Origin: Octopus bimaculoides
Taxonomy: Eukaryota
Direction of reading: 5' to 3'
DNA length: 64,000 bases
Assembly (NCBI RefSeq): GCF_001194135.2
Contig: NC_068982.1
Coordinates: forward strand, 16,086,156-16,150,155
Shown: positions 1 through 10,960 of the stretch, in pieces
Layout: every line of letters starts with the position of its first letter
Numbering within the stretch: position 1 is the first letter of the stretch
Notes under the pieces: generated by a model
Databases searched by the model: none
What the model saw: only the letters and a program-made list of their open reading frames with translations
Told to the model about the DNA's origin: nothing
Position numbers and translations under genes: made by a program

Positions 1-734
1 AACCAAGGAAGAGCTTGTATGTCTGTATATATACATATACCTATTAGTGTATGTATATATATATATGTGTGTGTATGTAGAGGGAGGGAGAGGAAGAGAG
101 AGTGAGAGAGGGTGTATGAGTGTGTGTGTTGATGGAGTCAACACTTCACCTCTTAGTCATTATCTATTATTAGATCAGCTCTGATTGAGTAAAGCTTATG
201 ATCAAAAGTATTTCATACAACACGACTATTTCCTGTTATATTTTTTATACAGTATATATCTAGGATTGTAAGTGAGATAGATGCGTGACCTAGCGGTTAG
301 AATGTTGCATTTACGATCTGAAGATCGTTATTTCGATTCTCAGACTGGCGGTGCGTTGTATTCTTGAGCTAACCACTTCAGTTTTACGTTGGCCCAGTTC
401 ACTCGATTGCAAATGGATAACCCTGCAACGGATCGGTGTTCTGTCCGTAGGGAAATATGGGCTTGCCAGTCTAGCCAGTGGGGTGGCACCATTCGAAAGC
501 TACAATCATGCGAGCAAGTGCATTGTAACCGGCGGTGTATGACAACACCTGTTAGTCTGGTTGATATAGGGGGAGATGGTGGTGAGCGAAATGTGTAAAT
601 GTTTTTCAACTAAGTTTTTTTTCTCCGTTACTTAGCCCGTCTGTAACGCTTTCGCGTGATTAGTTAAAGGGAAAGGTGAAGAGCTGAAGAAAAGGAGAGG
701 AAAAGATGGTGAAGCGAAGAATGAGAGAGGGAGG

Positions 735-766
<32 letters not shown>

Positions 767-2907
767 GATGTGTATTAAGTCTATAAAATTGTGCATAAAA
801 TATATAAAGTGCATATATAAAGTGCATTAAGTAATCATCGTATTCCAATTTCCTTCACTTTTCAATGAGTAGCAGACGATCGACTATCTTTTGATACAGG
901 CACAACACAGGCTACGCTTTCAGGTTTTTTGGATAAAGTTTTCAAAAATAACCCAGTAAGTTTACCATTGATTCCGTGAAATATTCACGGGTCCCGCTAG
1001 CAGATATAATTTGAAGAAACTTGGCTGCTATTTCTAGTTGGGCATGCCACCGCATAATTGTTTTCTCGTGGGCTTAACTCTTAGTTCTGCTCTATGATAT
1101 GAAAAGCATGTCATTCTTCGTTACTGTCTATTTGTCACGTTTTCTCAACTCTGGGAATATGTTGTATGGTATTAATTAAACTGCGTTTAAAATCTTCCCA
1201 ATATTTTGTCAGCGTTCCAAATGTTCTCTCACTTCCAAGGTATTGTTATCACGATTCCAATTTTTTCCTTCATCAAGTACATGTTAACACCACCAGACAG
1301 GATCAATGATCAGTATGTTTGACAACGCCAAGCTGAATTAACAGTCAGTACCCTAGCAACTGAGGAAGTCTCCCAATATGGTCGCTGTAGCTGCTAGAAA
1401 CAACAGTCAAATTTTCTTAAACTACCTCCTCATACTTTTAAAAATATGTATCGGATACTGCAGAGCTAGTTACGAAAATAGATGGGATGGTCACAGCTGG
1501 AACGCTTTAATAATGTATCTGCTCGATGAGAGCTGGTATAGAGCTAAAGAAAGATTAATAACAACTTGTATGTATTTTTTTTTCCTTTTCGTAATTGCTT
1601 TGAGCAAGACAAAGCGCTACGCCCAAAGCAGTCTCAGATATTGGTAAAACTAATGTTAACATCTCGCTTGAAATGCCACAAGTCGACAGATGCAGAAATA
1701 ATAGAGAAAAAAAAAACATCTGCAAGAAAAGAATTCTAAAAGAATTTTCATGTCATCAATATTGTAACCTTCAACCATGCGTTTACACTTTATTTTACGT
1801 TCTCTCTCCTTTTCATTTTCTATTCTATCTTAAACACATCCTCTTATCAGTTGTAAATACTATTCTCTTTGGTTCATATTTTCCCTTCTACGCTGCTGTC
1901 ACTCGTGTTGGTTCCAGTGATTTGACCATCTGCTTTAATTTATGCCGTTGTTCAATACCGCCTCATTCTTTCTCCTGTTAGTTTATATCGTCTGTCATCC
2001 ATATTTTATAAACAAATATCAATTTTCAAGGGAGCGCTTGAAAATAAATAAGTGCACTTATTCGCCTGATGGGCGATATATAAAATTTAGTTCAATAAAA
2101 TAAACTACACTTTTCACTCACCCAGCACCACCACCTCCCCCCATCAACATCACCACCACTTCATACCTCTTTTTCTTTCTATTTCTTACTTTAAAATTTT
2201 TTTTAACTATGTCATTTCCCTCTCCGTGTCGTTATGTCCCCTCCCTCTCTCTCTCTCCCTCCCCNNNNNNNNNNNNNNNNNNNNNNNNNNNNNNNNNNTC
2301 TATATATATATATATAACTATCTGCTTTCCTTCAACCTCACCGCTACATCACCTTCCGCTAAAGATTGCATTTCTAACTTTCTCTACATCTCTCCGTCCA
2401 ACTAACTTTTTAACCACGTAATAACTATTACTTTCCTCCTACCGCACGTGGTTAGCATTTCTCTCCCTCTTTTTCTCTTTTTCTGTGCCTCTCCCTTCAA
2501 TTAACCACCTGATAACATAACGAGTTCGGCCTTAGCGTATTAAAATATAGATAATATCGATGATATTGATGATGATGATGATGATGATAGCAAAAGACCA
2601 ATTGATCTTCCAATTGACATATAGTTCTAAGTTTCAGCTTGAGCACTGCGATAATACTAAGAAAACGAGTTAAAGTTGCGGCAAAAAGAAAGACGATGAA
2701 TAATGAAAGCACAGAAAGAATGAAAGACTGAAGCAAAAACTTTTAAAGTATCGACTAAATTTTGCAACTCTTTTCAAATGAAAGAAAAACAGAAAATATA
2801 AATTTGTAACAGTATCGAAGAAAAACTTGTGCAGTAAACGAGCTGACTTCCATTTGGCTGTACAACCTGGCTTAGAATAGTTAATAATCTCCCAAACCAC
2901 ACTACCA

Positions 2908-3066
2908 CAGTAGCGTAGCTAGTGGGTGGAAAGTGGGGACTTGTGCCCAGGCAAAATTTTTGTTTCATAAACTTGCATGAGAGGTTGGAATACAAGGTAG
3001 GGGTGGGGGTGTAACACACAAACTTGAGGACTGCTCAGGGCACCACATATTCTAGCTCGATCACTG
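2908..3066. mobile_element. hAT-like MITE
   Basis: Imperfect TIRs cagtagcgtagctag / ctagctcgatcactg; 8-bp flanks cactacca (2900-2907) and ctctacca (3067-3074) match 7/8. Confidence 0.65.
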
Positions 3067-3540
3067 CTCTACCAAAATCAGACACATTCAATTAAATACT
3101 TGTGCTTGTGGCAGCATTCACCTGGGAGGTCTGTATCGGGGGGATTGAGCTGGCTCCAACCGACAAGTTCACCAGGTCCCTCATGTAAACTGACAAAACC
3201 TGACGGTCGACTCTTGCGTTCCTGTTGGCAAAGTAATGCTTCTGTCTGCAGCCCAAACATCCAGCTTCCAAATTTGATAAATGCACCACTGGGAGGGCAA
3301 GGGCGTCGGCCTAACCGTAGTCGTCATTCATTTTTGAGGTGTAGAGTTCATGTTTGGAGTTTCAGAGGGAATCCAAGTTCACATTGGGTCCCCGGTCACA
3401 TGCATAAACACTTTGCGACAGTGTGACTCATAGCAGATTATCTTGCCTTTGATTGTTGACCGTCGCAAAGGATTCGCTGACCAAGTCACTACCGATCTTC
3501 ATAATTGGAGTGGAGAGTATGCTTTTGAAGAAAAGAGAGG

Positions 3541-3910
3541 ATGAAGAAAATTATGGAGAAAAGAGAGGATGAAACGGATAAACTGTCCACAGTCTGTCTA
3601 CCCTATGTGAAACGCCTCTCCGAAAATATACAAAAGATATGCAGCCCATATGACATCAGGACAGTATTCAAAAGTGATACACTTCGCAAATATCTCCTTC
3701 CAGTAAAACCACCAATAAAAGAGAATGTGACTAAGAACTGCATGTACTCCATCCCATGCAGCTGTGGTAGGTTATACAAAAGCGAAACATGATGCCCACT
3801 CAAAATAAGGGTAGAGGAACATCGCAAAGCTGTGACACAACAACCTCCTAAGCAGACCGAGTGCAGATTTGAAGAGCATATGGGAACCGGTATTAAGGAA
3901 GGATATGAGG
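3541..3910 (+). mobile_element. Penelope-like element fragment (RT C-terminus plus GIY-YIG endonuclease), decayed
   Basis: ORF 3541-3792 reads LPYVKRLSENIQKIC...IRTVFKS...NCMYSIPCSCGRLYKSET and continues after a stop as CPLKIRVEEHRKAV, matching the PLE pattern LPY..-VY.IPC.CG..YIGET.R.L..R..EH. Confidence 0.8.
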
Positions 3911-3954
3911 ATATTAGATTTATAAGCCCTAAAATTCACTCCATAATTGCCCAC

Positions 3955-4210
3955 GGGCATATGACGTAGTGTTTAAGAGCGCGGGCTACTAACCCCAAGA
4001 TTCCGAGTTCGATTCCAGGTAGTGATCTGAATAATAGTAATATCGAAACATACACTAGGAATGAGAACCCAGGTTCGAAATTTCCCCAAGACACCTGATG
4101 AAGGCTGGAGGGTATATCAGCCGAAACGTTGTGTTAACAACAAACAAACAAGATGAGGATAAATATCCGTCAATTGTAAATAATGTACATAATTCCTCAT
4201 CTCTTAAATA
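3955..4210 (+). mobile_element. tRNA-headed SINE-like element with Penelope-type tail
   Basis: A-box-like tgacgtagtgtttaag (3962-3977), anticodon-like arm gggctactaaccc, B-box gagttcgattcc (4005-4016); body ends in a ctgatga...gaaacgt motif of the kind found at PLE ends. Confidence 0.7.
4090..4135 (+). ncRNA. Minimal type I hammerhead ribozyme motif
   Basis: Stem I gacac/gtgtt, core CTGATGA (4095-4101), one extra A, stem II ggctg/cagcc with a 10-nt loop, GAAA (4123-4126), loop-less palindromic stem III ACGT, cleavage triplet GUU. Confidence 0.65.
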
Positions 4211-4530
4211 TAAAACTCTTCAAGAACAACAACGGTCCGCTGAACTATTTCCAGTCAACAGTATTTGATATCTATTTTTGTCAATGTTGTTCAAATACAT
4301 ACCTCTGGCCACTCTAAGTTAATTCTCTCAGCTCATTTTTATTTAAATTATGTACATTACTTAGGCCATAAATGTATTCCACCGTTTTTGTATATGTCTA
4401 AGTCCCCTCGCTGCTTGAGATAACAATGGACAGTTGTCATTATGATGGTGGCTATTTAGTCAGAAACACGTGTCCATGACTGTCCTCTTATCTCCAGGCA
4501 ATAAGCCTGTCTTTCTAAATGGCATGTCAA

Positions 4531-4918
4531 GGATCTGTTCAGTTTGGCTCACAGATTTAATTATGTTTTTTTTTTAACTAAACAGTTTTAACTAAACAAA
4601 GGCAGTAAACGAAAAGTAAAATAGAAAAGAGTGGTGACATTTAGTAGAGATGACCCGGAAGTTGTTCCTCTTCGATTACTATCCCAAACAGCAATAGCTT
4701 TCTTCATCTGAATACACGTCATTGTTTGGTTAAAATTACCCAAATACGACTACATTAACACGAAATAACTTCTAAAATACGAAATTTTGTCCAAAATGTC
4801 AAAAATGTCAAAAATGTTCAAAGTGAACCGAGTTCAGCGTGAGAAATTACACCAATATACGAGTTTCAAACTGTTTAGTTAAAAAAAAATTAATCTGCGA
4901 GTCAAATTGAACAGATCC
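4531..4918. mobile_element. MITE with about 60-bp TIRs (GG termini, Merlin-like)
   Basis: ggatctgttcagtttggctcacagatt... pairs with ...aatctgcgagtcaaattgaacagatcc; flanks catgtcaa / tatgtcag match 6/8. Confidence 0.7.
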
Positions 4919-5984
4919 TATGTCAGCTTTAGAAAATCCTTGATTCTCGAGATTATCACCCCTTTTCATATAGAGCTGGTCTTCATTGCCATTTCGTAAT
5001 TATTTAGTACGAGAGATTGAAAAGGAAGAGTGAAGTGTAGTGTCGGAAAGAAACAGAGGACGCTAAGCTGAGAAAAAAAAGTTAGTATGGGAATGAATTA
5101 AGGCACTTGTGAACGTGACAGGAGGATAGAATGGAAGAATGACTGGAGGAATGGACAGGTAGAAGGCAGTGACATTTGGGAAATTAGCAATTAGCGATTG
5201 AACCAGCACATTATTTGGTAATTATGGTGCTTTCTCTAGAGGCAGAGATAATTTTAATAAATCAAAAATTTATGTTGAATGGTATTTGATAGAGCCGTAT
5301 TCGTCTATGTTGTTATACAGTTTTGTTTAACTCCAAAATAAAATTAGGAAAATGTGCTGATGTTACAACTAAATGAAATACAAAAGAAAAATAAAACTGT
5401 AAAAGAATTTAATATGAAGAAAAATATACAATTGTATATACAAACAGAAAAATACTCACGGAAAGTAACGAAACAGACCGAAAACAAATATATAAACAAG
5501 CAAATAAGGAATCGAAGAATTGGGCTATAAACACTTTCTTTTAAGTGAAAGAAAAAACACCTTAACGGATAATCTTATAACCGTAAGATGGATTAGACGA
5601 GTCAACATATACCGAATATTCAAAATAAAACAATTGACATTAACACGTAATAAACACACTCGAACACACACACACACACAATGATATTCACACATAACAT
5701 ACACAGAAATACATAAACACGCATACACACTTTGTCGTCTGCGATAGAGATAACCTATAGTAACGTTAATGTAATTACTGGAAATTTAAGCGAACTGCTT
5801 AATTTGATTGTAGGAATTTTAATCTCTGCACAAGATCATTTGCCTGTCCACTAAGAAATTAAATGCAAATTATTGCATTTGTTGTTTTGAAACGAATCTT
5901 GGATGTTTAATGAACCCCACCCACCACCATCACCAATTCCCATACATCAACTCACAGAGATCGAAAGAAGGCGAAGCATAAACT

Positions 5985-6180
5985 AAGTGAAATTGTGATG
6001 GTGGTGGTGGTGGTAGGTGCAATAATAATAGTGATGTTTGAGGTGGCGACGGCAGTTGTGGCGGCGGCGGCGGTTGTGGTAGTAGGAGTAGTAGTAGTGA
6101 TAGCAGTAGCGGCGGTAGAGTAGTAGTAGTAGCAGTAGCGGCGGTAGTAGTAGTAGTTGTAGTAGCAGTAGCAGTAGTAA
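5985..6180. repeat. Compound trinucleotide microsatellite (GGT/GGC/AGT/AGC)
   Basis: Runs visible in the sequence; they explain ORF 5983-6237. Confidence 0.9.
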
Positions 6181-6214
6181 AAATGTTTGCGGTGATAGTC
6201 GCAACAGTTGAAGA

Positions 6215-6624
6215 AAAAAATATTCTTTTCTACTCAAGGCACAAGGTCTGAAATTTTCGGGGAGGGGGCCAGTCGATTAGATCGACCCCAGTACCCAAGT
6301 GGTACTTAGTTTATCGACCCCGAAAAAAATGAAAGACAAAGTCGACCTCGGCGGAATTTGAATTCAGAACGTAAAGACAAACGAAATACCTATTTCATTA
6401 TTGCCCACAAGGGGCTAAACATAGAGGGAACAAACAAGAACAGACGAACGGATTAAGTCGATTACATCGACCCCAGTGCGTAACTGGTACTTAATTTATC
6501 GACCCCGAAAGGATGAAAGGCAAAGTCAACCTCGGCGGAATTTGAACTCAGAACGTAACGGCACACGAAATACCGCTAAGCATTTCGCCCGGGGTGCTAA
6601 CGTTTCTGCCAGCTCGCCGCCTTC
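6215..6624 (-). mobile_element. tRNA-derived SINE family C, dimer (full copy joined to a 5'-truncated copy)
   Basis: Reverse complement begins ggcggcgagctggcagaaacgttagc with B-box gagttcaaattcc; the body is repeated twice; junction at 6390/6391. Confidence 0.85.
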
Positions 6625-6841
6625 GATGAAAAAATATTAACATCATTGATTTGTTACTTTGGCATTCATACTATCGGCTTGTGCGAAGGCGGGGCTATAC
6701 CTATTCTCCTCCCATGCCCCCCGATACTAGTGAGATCAAAAGGTTAATGTTGAATTTGAACAAAAATTGTCAGTAGAAGCTTGAAGGAAATACTTCTGCA
6801 GAGAAGGTACTCCAGAGGAGTATGTATGGGGATAGATAATA

Positions 6842-7240
6842 GGCACAGGGGTGGCTGTGTGGTAAAAAGTTTGCTTCCCAATCACATGGTTTCGAGTTCA
6901 GTCCCACTGCGTAGCACCTTGGGCAGATAGATGTCCTCTATTCTATCCTCTGGCCGACCAAAGCCTTGTGAGTGGATTTGGTAGACGGAAACTGAAAAGA
7001 AACTTGTCACACACGTGCGCGTGTCTTTGCGTTTGTACCCCACCACTGTTTGATAACTATTGTTGGTTTGTTAAAGTAACTTGGCGGTTCGGCCAAAGTG
7101 ACCGATAGAATAAGTATCGGGCTCGAAATGATATGTAACTGGGGGGTCGATTCATTCGACTAAAAAAAAAAAGAATTCTTCAAAATAGTGCCCCAGCATG
7201 GTCACAGTCTAACACCTGAAACAGGTAAGAGATAAACGAT
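6842..7240 (+). mobile_element. tRNA-derived SINE family A
   Basis: Head ggggtggctgtgtggtaa...gagttcagtcccactgcg, shared with copies at 17.1, 21.3, 36.0 and 38.3 kb. Confidence 0.85.
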
Positions 7241-7276
7241 AACAGAAACCGTATTTGATGGCATAAAAGATGGCCA

Positions 7277-8245
7277 TGTTAGATGCACCGAATTTTCAGC
7301 AGCCTATATTCGGGAAAGAAAGGGTAAACCATTTAGCATTCAAACCGGCCAGATCCGGCCAAAATATTCTATTTGTTTTATATTCAAACCAGCCAAATTT
7401 GGCCTCTCATTCATAGCCTACAATGTCATTTTAAGAATGACAGTCACATCATTGAAATATTGAAGCTACAAGATAATGTAAGATTTATTTAAATCAATAT
7501 AAATAAGTAAACGTCATATTTGACAGATTAATCTAGATGCTAAAGGTCTGGGTCCATCTTCGCAAAGTGGTTTTTGAGACATTTTTGAGGGTAAAAATTG
7601 TCTCTTGTATACCATTAATCACGGTAAGTGACAACAAGGAGAGATGTGTGAGTTAGGAAAGCCTATGCTGAAGTATTACGTACTGTTCGTATTTAAAGGG
7701 CGAATTTAAAGGGCGAATATTGTTTTAGTAACTGCTTTATGTTAGATGCACGGAATTTTCAGCAGTCCATATTCGGGAAAGAATGGATTAACATTCAAAC
7801 CGGTGAGATCCGACCAAAATATTCCATGTTTTATATTCAAACTAGACTGTCACATCATTGAAATATTGAAGCTACAAGATAATGTAAGATTAATTCAAAA
7901 CAATATAAAGAATAAATATTGTATTTGGGGACGGTCATGTTGCCAGTTTAACACACCCACTATATATTTGGTGTTCATTTGCTTCAGCTTTATTTTATAT
8001 TAATCGTATTTCGGCCTGAGTTCTTTCGTCACACATCTGTCATATTTGACAAATTAATATGAATGCCAAAAGTTTGATCCCATCTTTGTAAAGTGGATTT
8101 TGAGACATTTTTGAGGGTAAAAATTGCCTCCTGTATGTCTCTTGTATGCCATTAAAAGGAGAGACGTGTGAGTTAGGGGAACCTGTGTAAAGTTATTACA
8201 TACTGTTTGTATTTAAAGGGCGAATACAATATTGTTTTAGTAAAT
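7277..8245. repeat. Diverged tandem duplication, two units of about 470-500 bp, each containing a MITE-like segment
   Basis: Both units start atgttagatgcac(c/g)gaattttcagcag (about 7277 and 7740) and end ...tatttaaagggcgaat...attgttttagtaa. Confidence 0.85.
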
Positions 8246-8269
8246 GCATCTTTCTGCTAATGAAGGGCG

Positions 8270-8460
8270 ATACAAGAGCCCTTTGAGGTGGGGCAACTGA
8301 TGGAGCGAGTGTCGCTGGCCATTTTCCACGGCAACACCTTTGCAATCATGTCCACGAGGCGTGGCTGAACACCTCATTTGTTCTGGGGTATGCAACAAGT
8401 TACTCCCTTCTCGTCTCACCCGTCTTCTGCTGCTTAATCCACCCCTTTTTGTCTTCTTTG
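8270..8460 (+). mobile_element. Possible 3' end of a CRE-like RLE non-LTR retrotransposon
   Basis: 8270-8368 translates IQEPFEVGQLMERVSLAIFHGNTFAIMSTRRG*, resembling the CRE C-terminal motif QRLS.AIQRGNA; only 32 aa. Confidence 0.4.
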
Positions 8461-9393
8461 TTTCCATGGTGAGATAGTTATGGTGTTTTTTTTTTCTTGA
8501 TAATTTGATCTTTATACATTTTTTTCTTTCTTTTCTTCCTGTGAAAACGTTGTTAATAAAATGAAGTTATGAGTCGAAAAAAAGAATTGGAATGGTTCCA
8601 TGAGAGAAACGAGTGTCATTCTACATGGAGTCAGTGAAGGTTTGGTACAAGGTACCCAAGTTTCCCGTTCAATATAGTCGATTCAGAGTGGGAGAAAGAG
8701 AGGAAGAGGGAGAAACAGAGAGAGAGAGAGAGAGAGAGAAAGAGCAATAGAGAGAAAAAGAGAGGGAGAGAGAGAGAGAGAGAAAAGAGAGAGGGAGAGA
8801 GAGAAAGAGAAAGATGGTAATAAAAAGAAACCAGTATATGGATGGTACTTTATTTATCAACCCTGAAATGGTGAAAAGCAAAGTCAACCTCGGCAAGGTT
8901 TGAACTTAGAACGCAGAGAGATAGAACAAATACCATGAAGCATTCTAGCCATAAAGCATTCTACCATAAAGCATTCTCACAACTCTAGCAATTGGCCACT
9001 TTACTAGAAAGTGTAAGACCAATGACAGAGCCTCTATATGGTTATTCAACTTACTAAAAAAGCAGCCAAAATTTCCTAAAATTCAACCGAACATCTAAAA
9101 TATATAAGTCGTATTCAAATTAATGACTGCGTCTTTTACGGAATGCTCGACAGACGAATGGAGTAGTTTTCGTCATGACGTGTATTGGGGGTCGCTCGTA
9201 GAGCAGTCTTTGATCATAAGTCTGCTCCTTAACCTGGGGTTAAACAACTAGGAATAGTTATGCTGTTTTATTGAAAGAGAAGTAAGTTGGAGATGTCTGA
9301 TCAATTTAGTAGACCCATGATAAAAAGGCTTATATTCAGGAACATCCTATCAAGGACTATATTATTTAGTCTCTACCTAGAGGCTTGATGTGT

Positions 9394-9770
9394 GGAGGCG
9401 CAATGGCCCAGTGGTTATGGCAGCGGACTCGCGGTTTCGATTCCCAGACCGGGCGTTGTGAGTGCTTATTGAGCGAAAACACCTAAAGTTCCACGAGGCT
9501 CCGTCAGAGGATGATGGTGAACCCTGCTGTACTCTTTCACCACAACTTTCTCTCACTATTTCCTCCTGTTTCTGTTGTGCCTGTAATTCAAAGGGTCAGC
9601 CTTGTCACACTGTGTCACGCTGAATATCCCCGAGAACTACGTTAAGGGTATACGTGTCTGTGGAGTGCTCAGCCATTTGCACGTTAATTTCACGAGCAGG
9701 CTGTTCCGTTGATCGGATCAACTGGAACCCTCGACGTCGTAAGCGACGGAGTGCCAACAAACAAAACAAA
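9394..9770 (+). mobile_element. tRNA-derived SINE family B
   Basis: ggaggcgcaatggcccagtggtt head, tail ...gacggagtgccaacaa; near-identical to 12613-13001 and 23638-24027. Confidence 0.9.
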
Positions 9771-10084
9771 GTGGCTTGATGTATCAGAAATAACAGTGAA
9801 ATCGCTCTCAAGTTACATTCCTATCGTCTTGGAAATGAGGGACACAGTGGATAATGTTGTCCAGTCCTACATAAACAGAAAGATACAGACAGTCATGGCT
9901 TTAATGGAATTCCTCTGACCTAGTCTTTCTCAATCAAGCCTGACCATGGGCTAAACAGCAATAACATTATTCACTGTGTCCTTCCTTTTTTGTACATGAT
10001 AGTGTTAGATTTGGAAGAGACTTGGTTGCTATTTGTAGCAGGTTGTGCGACCACATACCCACCACATTAGCTTATAATCGCCGA

Positions 10085-10960
10085 TGATATACTCATATCA
10101 ATTTTTGGCACAAGGCCAGCAATTTCGGGTAAGGGAGTAAGTCGATTGCATTCCCAGGATTCAACTGGTTCTTATTTTATCGACCCCGAAAGGATGAAAG
10201 GAAAAGTCGACCTCGGTGGAATTTGAATGCAGAGTATAAAGACGGACGAAATGCCCGGACTCGTTTTTTTTTTCCGGCGTACTAACGTTTCTTATTTCTT
10301 TATTGCCCACAAGGGGGCTACACATAGAAGAGACAAACAAGGACAGACAAAGGAATTACGTTGATTACATCGACCCCAGTGCGTAACTGGTACTTAATTT
10401 ATCGACCCCGAAAGGATGAAAGGCAAAGTCGACCTCGGCGGAATTTGAACTCAGAACGTAACGGCAGACGAAATACCGCTAAGCATTTCGCTCGGCGTGT
10501 TAACGTGTCTGCCAACTCGCCGCCTTCAAAATTTTTAATAATGGCTTCAAATTTTGGCACAAGGCCAGCAGTTTTTGTGGGTAGGGTGAAGTCGATTGCT
10601 TTGACCCCAGCACTCGACTGGTACTTATTTTATAGAGTCATAAAGGATGAAAAGTTAAGTCGACCTCGATGGAATTTGAACTCAGAACGTAAAGACAGAT
10701 GGAATGCCCCTAAGCATTTTACCGGGCGTGCTAACGGTTCAGCCAGTTCATTCTCTTTTCAAAATACTTAATAATCCTTTCTACAATAGGCACAAGACCT
10801 GAAATTTCTGGGGAGGAGGATAGTCAATTATATCGAACCCTGAAAGAATAGAAGGCTAAGTCGACCTCGACGGGATTTGAACTCAGAACAGTAAGACAAA
10901 CGAAATGCCGCAAAGCATTTTGCTCGGCATGCTAGCGATTCTGCCAGCTCACTGCCATTT
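10085..10960 (-). mobile_element. Cluster of four head-to-tail SINE family C copies
   Basis: Recurrent atcga(c/a)ccc...aaagtcgacctcg...gaatttgaa(c)tcagaacg blocks at about 10.18, 10.40, 10.65 and 10.85 kb. Confidence 0.85.

Noticed and set aside
900-955. Possible + strand exon TTQATLSGFLDKVFKNNP with a gtaagt donor
   Set aside because: Weak acceptor, no recognisable domain and no compatible neighbouring exon found.
3955-4020. tRNA gene (also the heads at 9394, 12613, 17091, 58195)
   Set aside because: A/B boxes are present, but the acceptor stem is not closed and each continues into a SINE body shared by dispersed copies.
10361-10771. 136-aa ORF
   Set aside because: Antisense read-through of tandem SINE family C copies.
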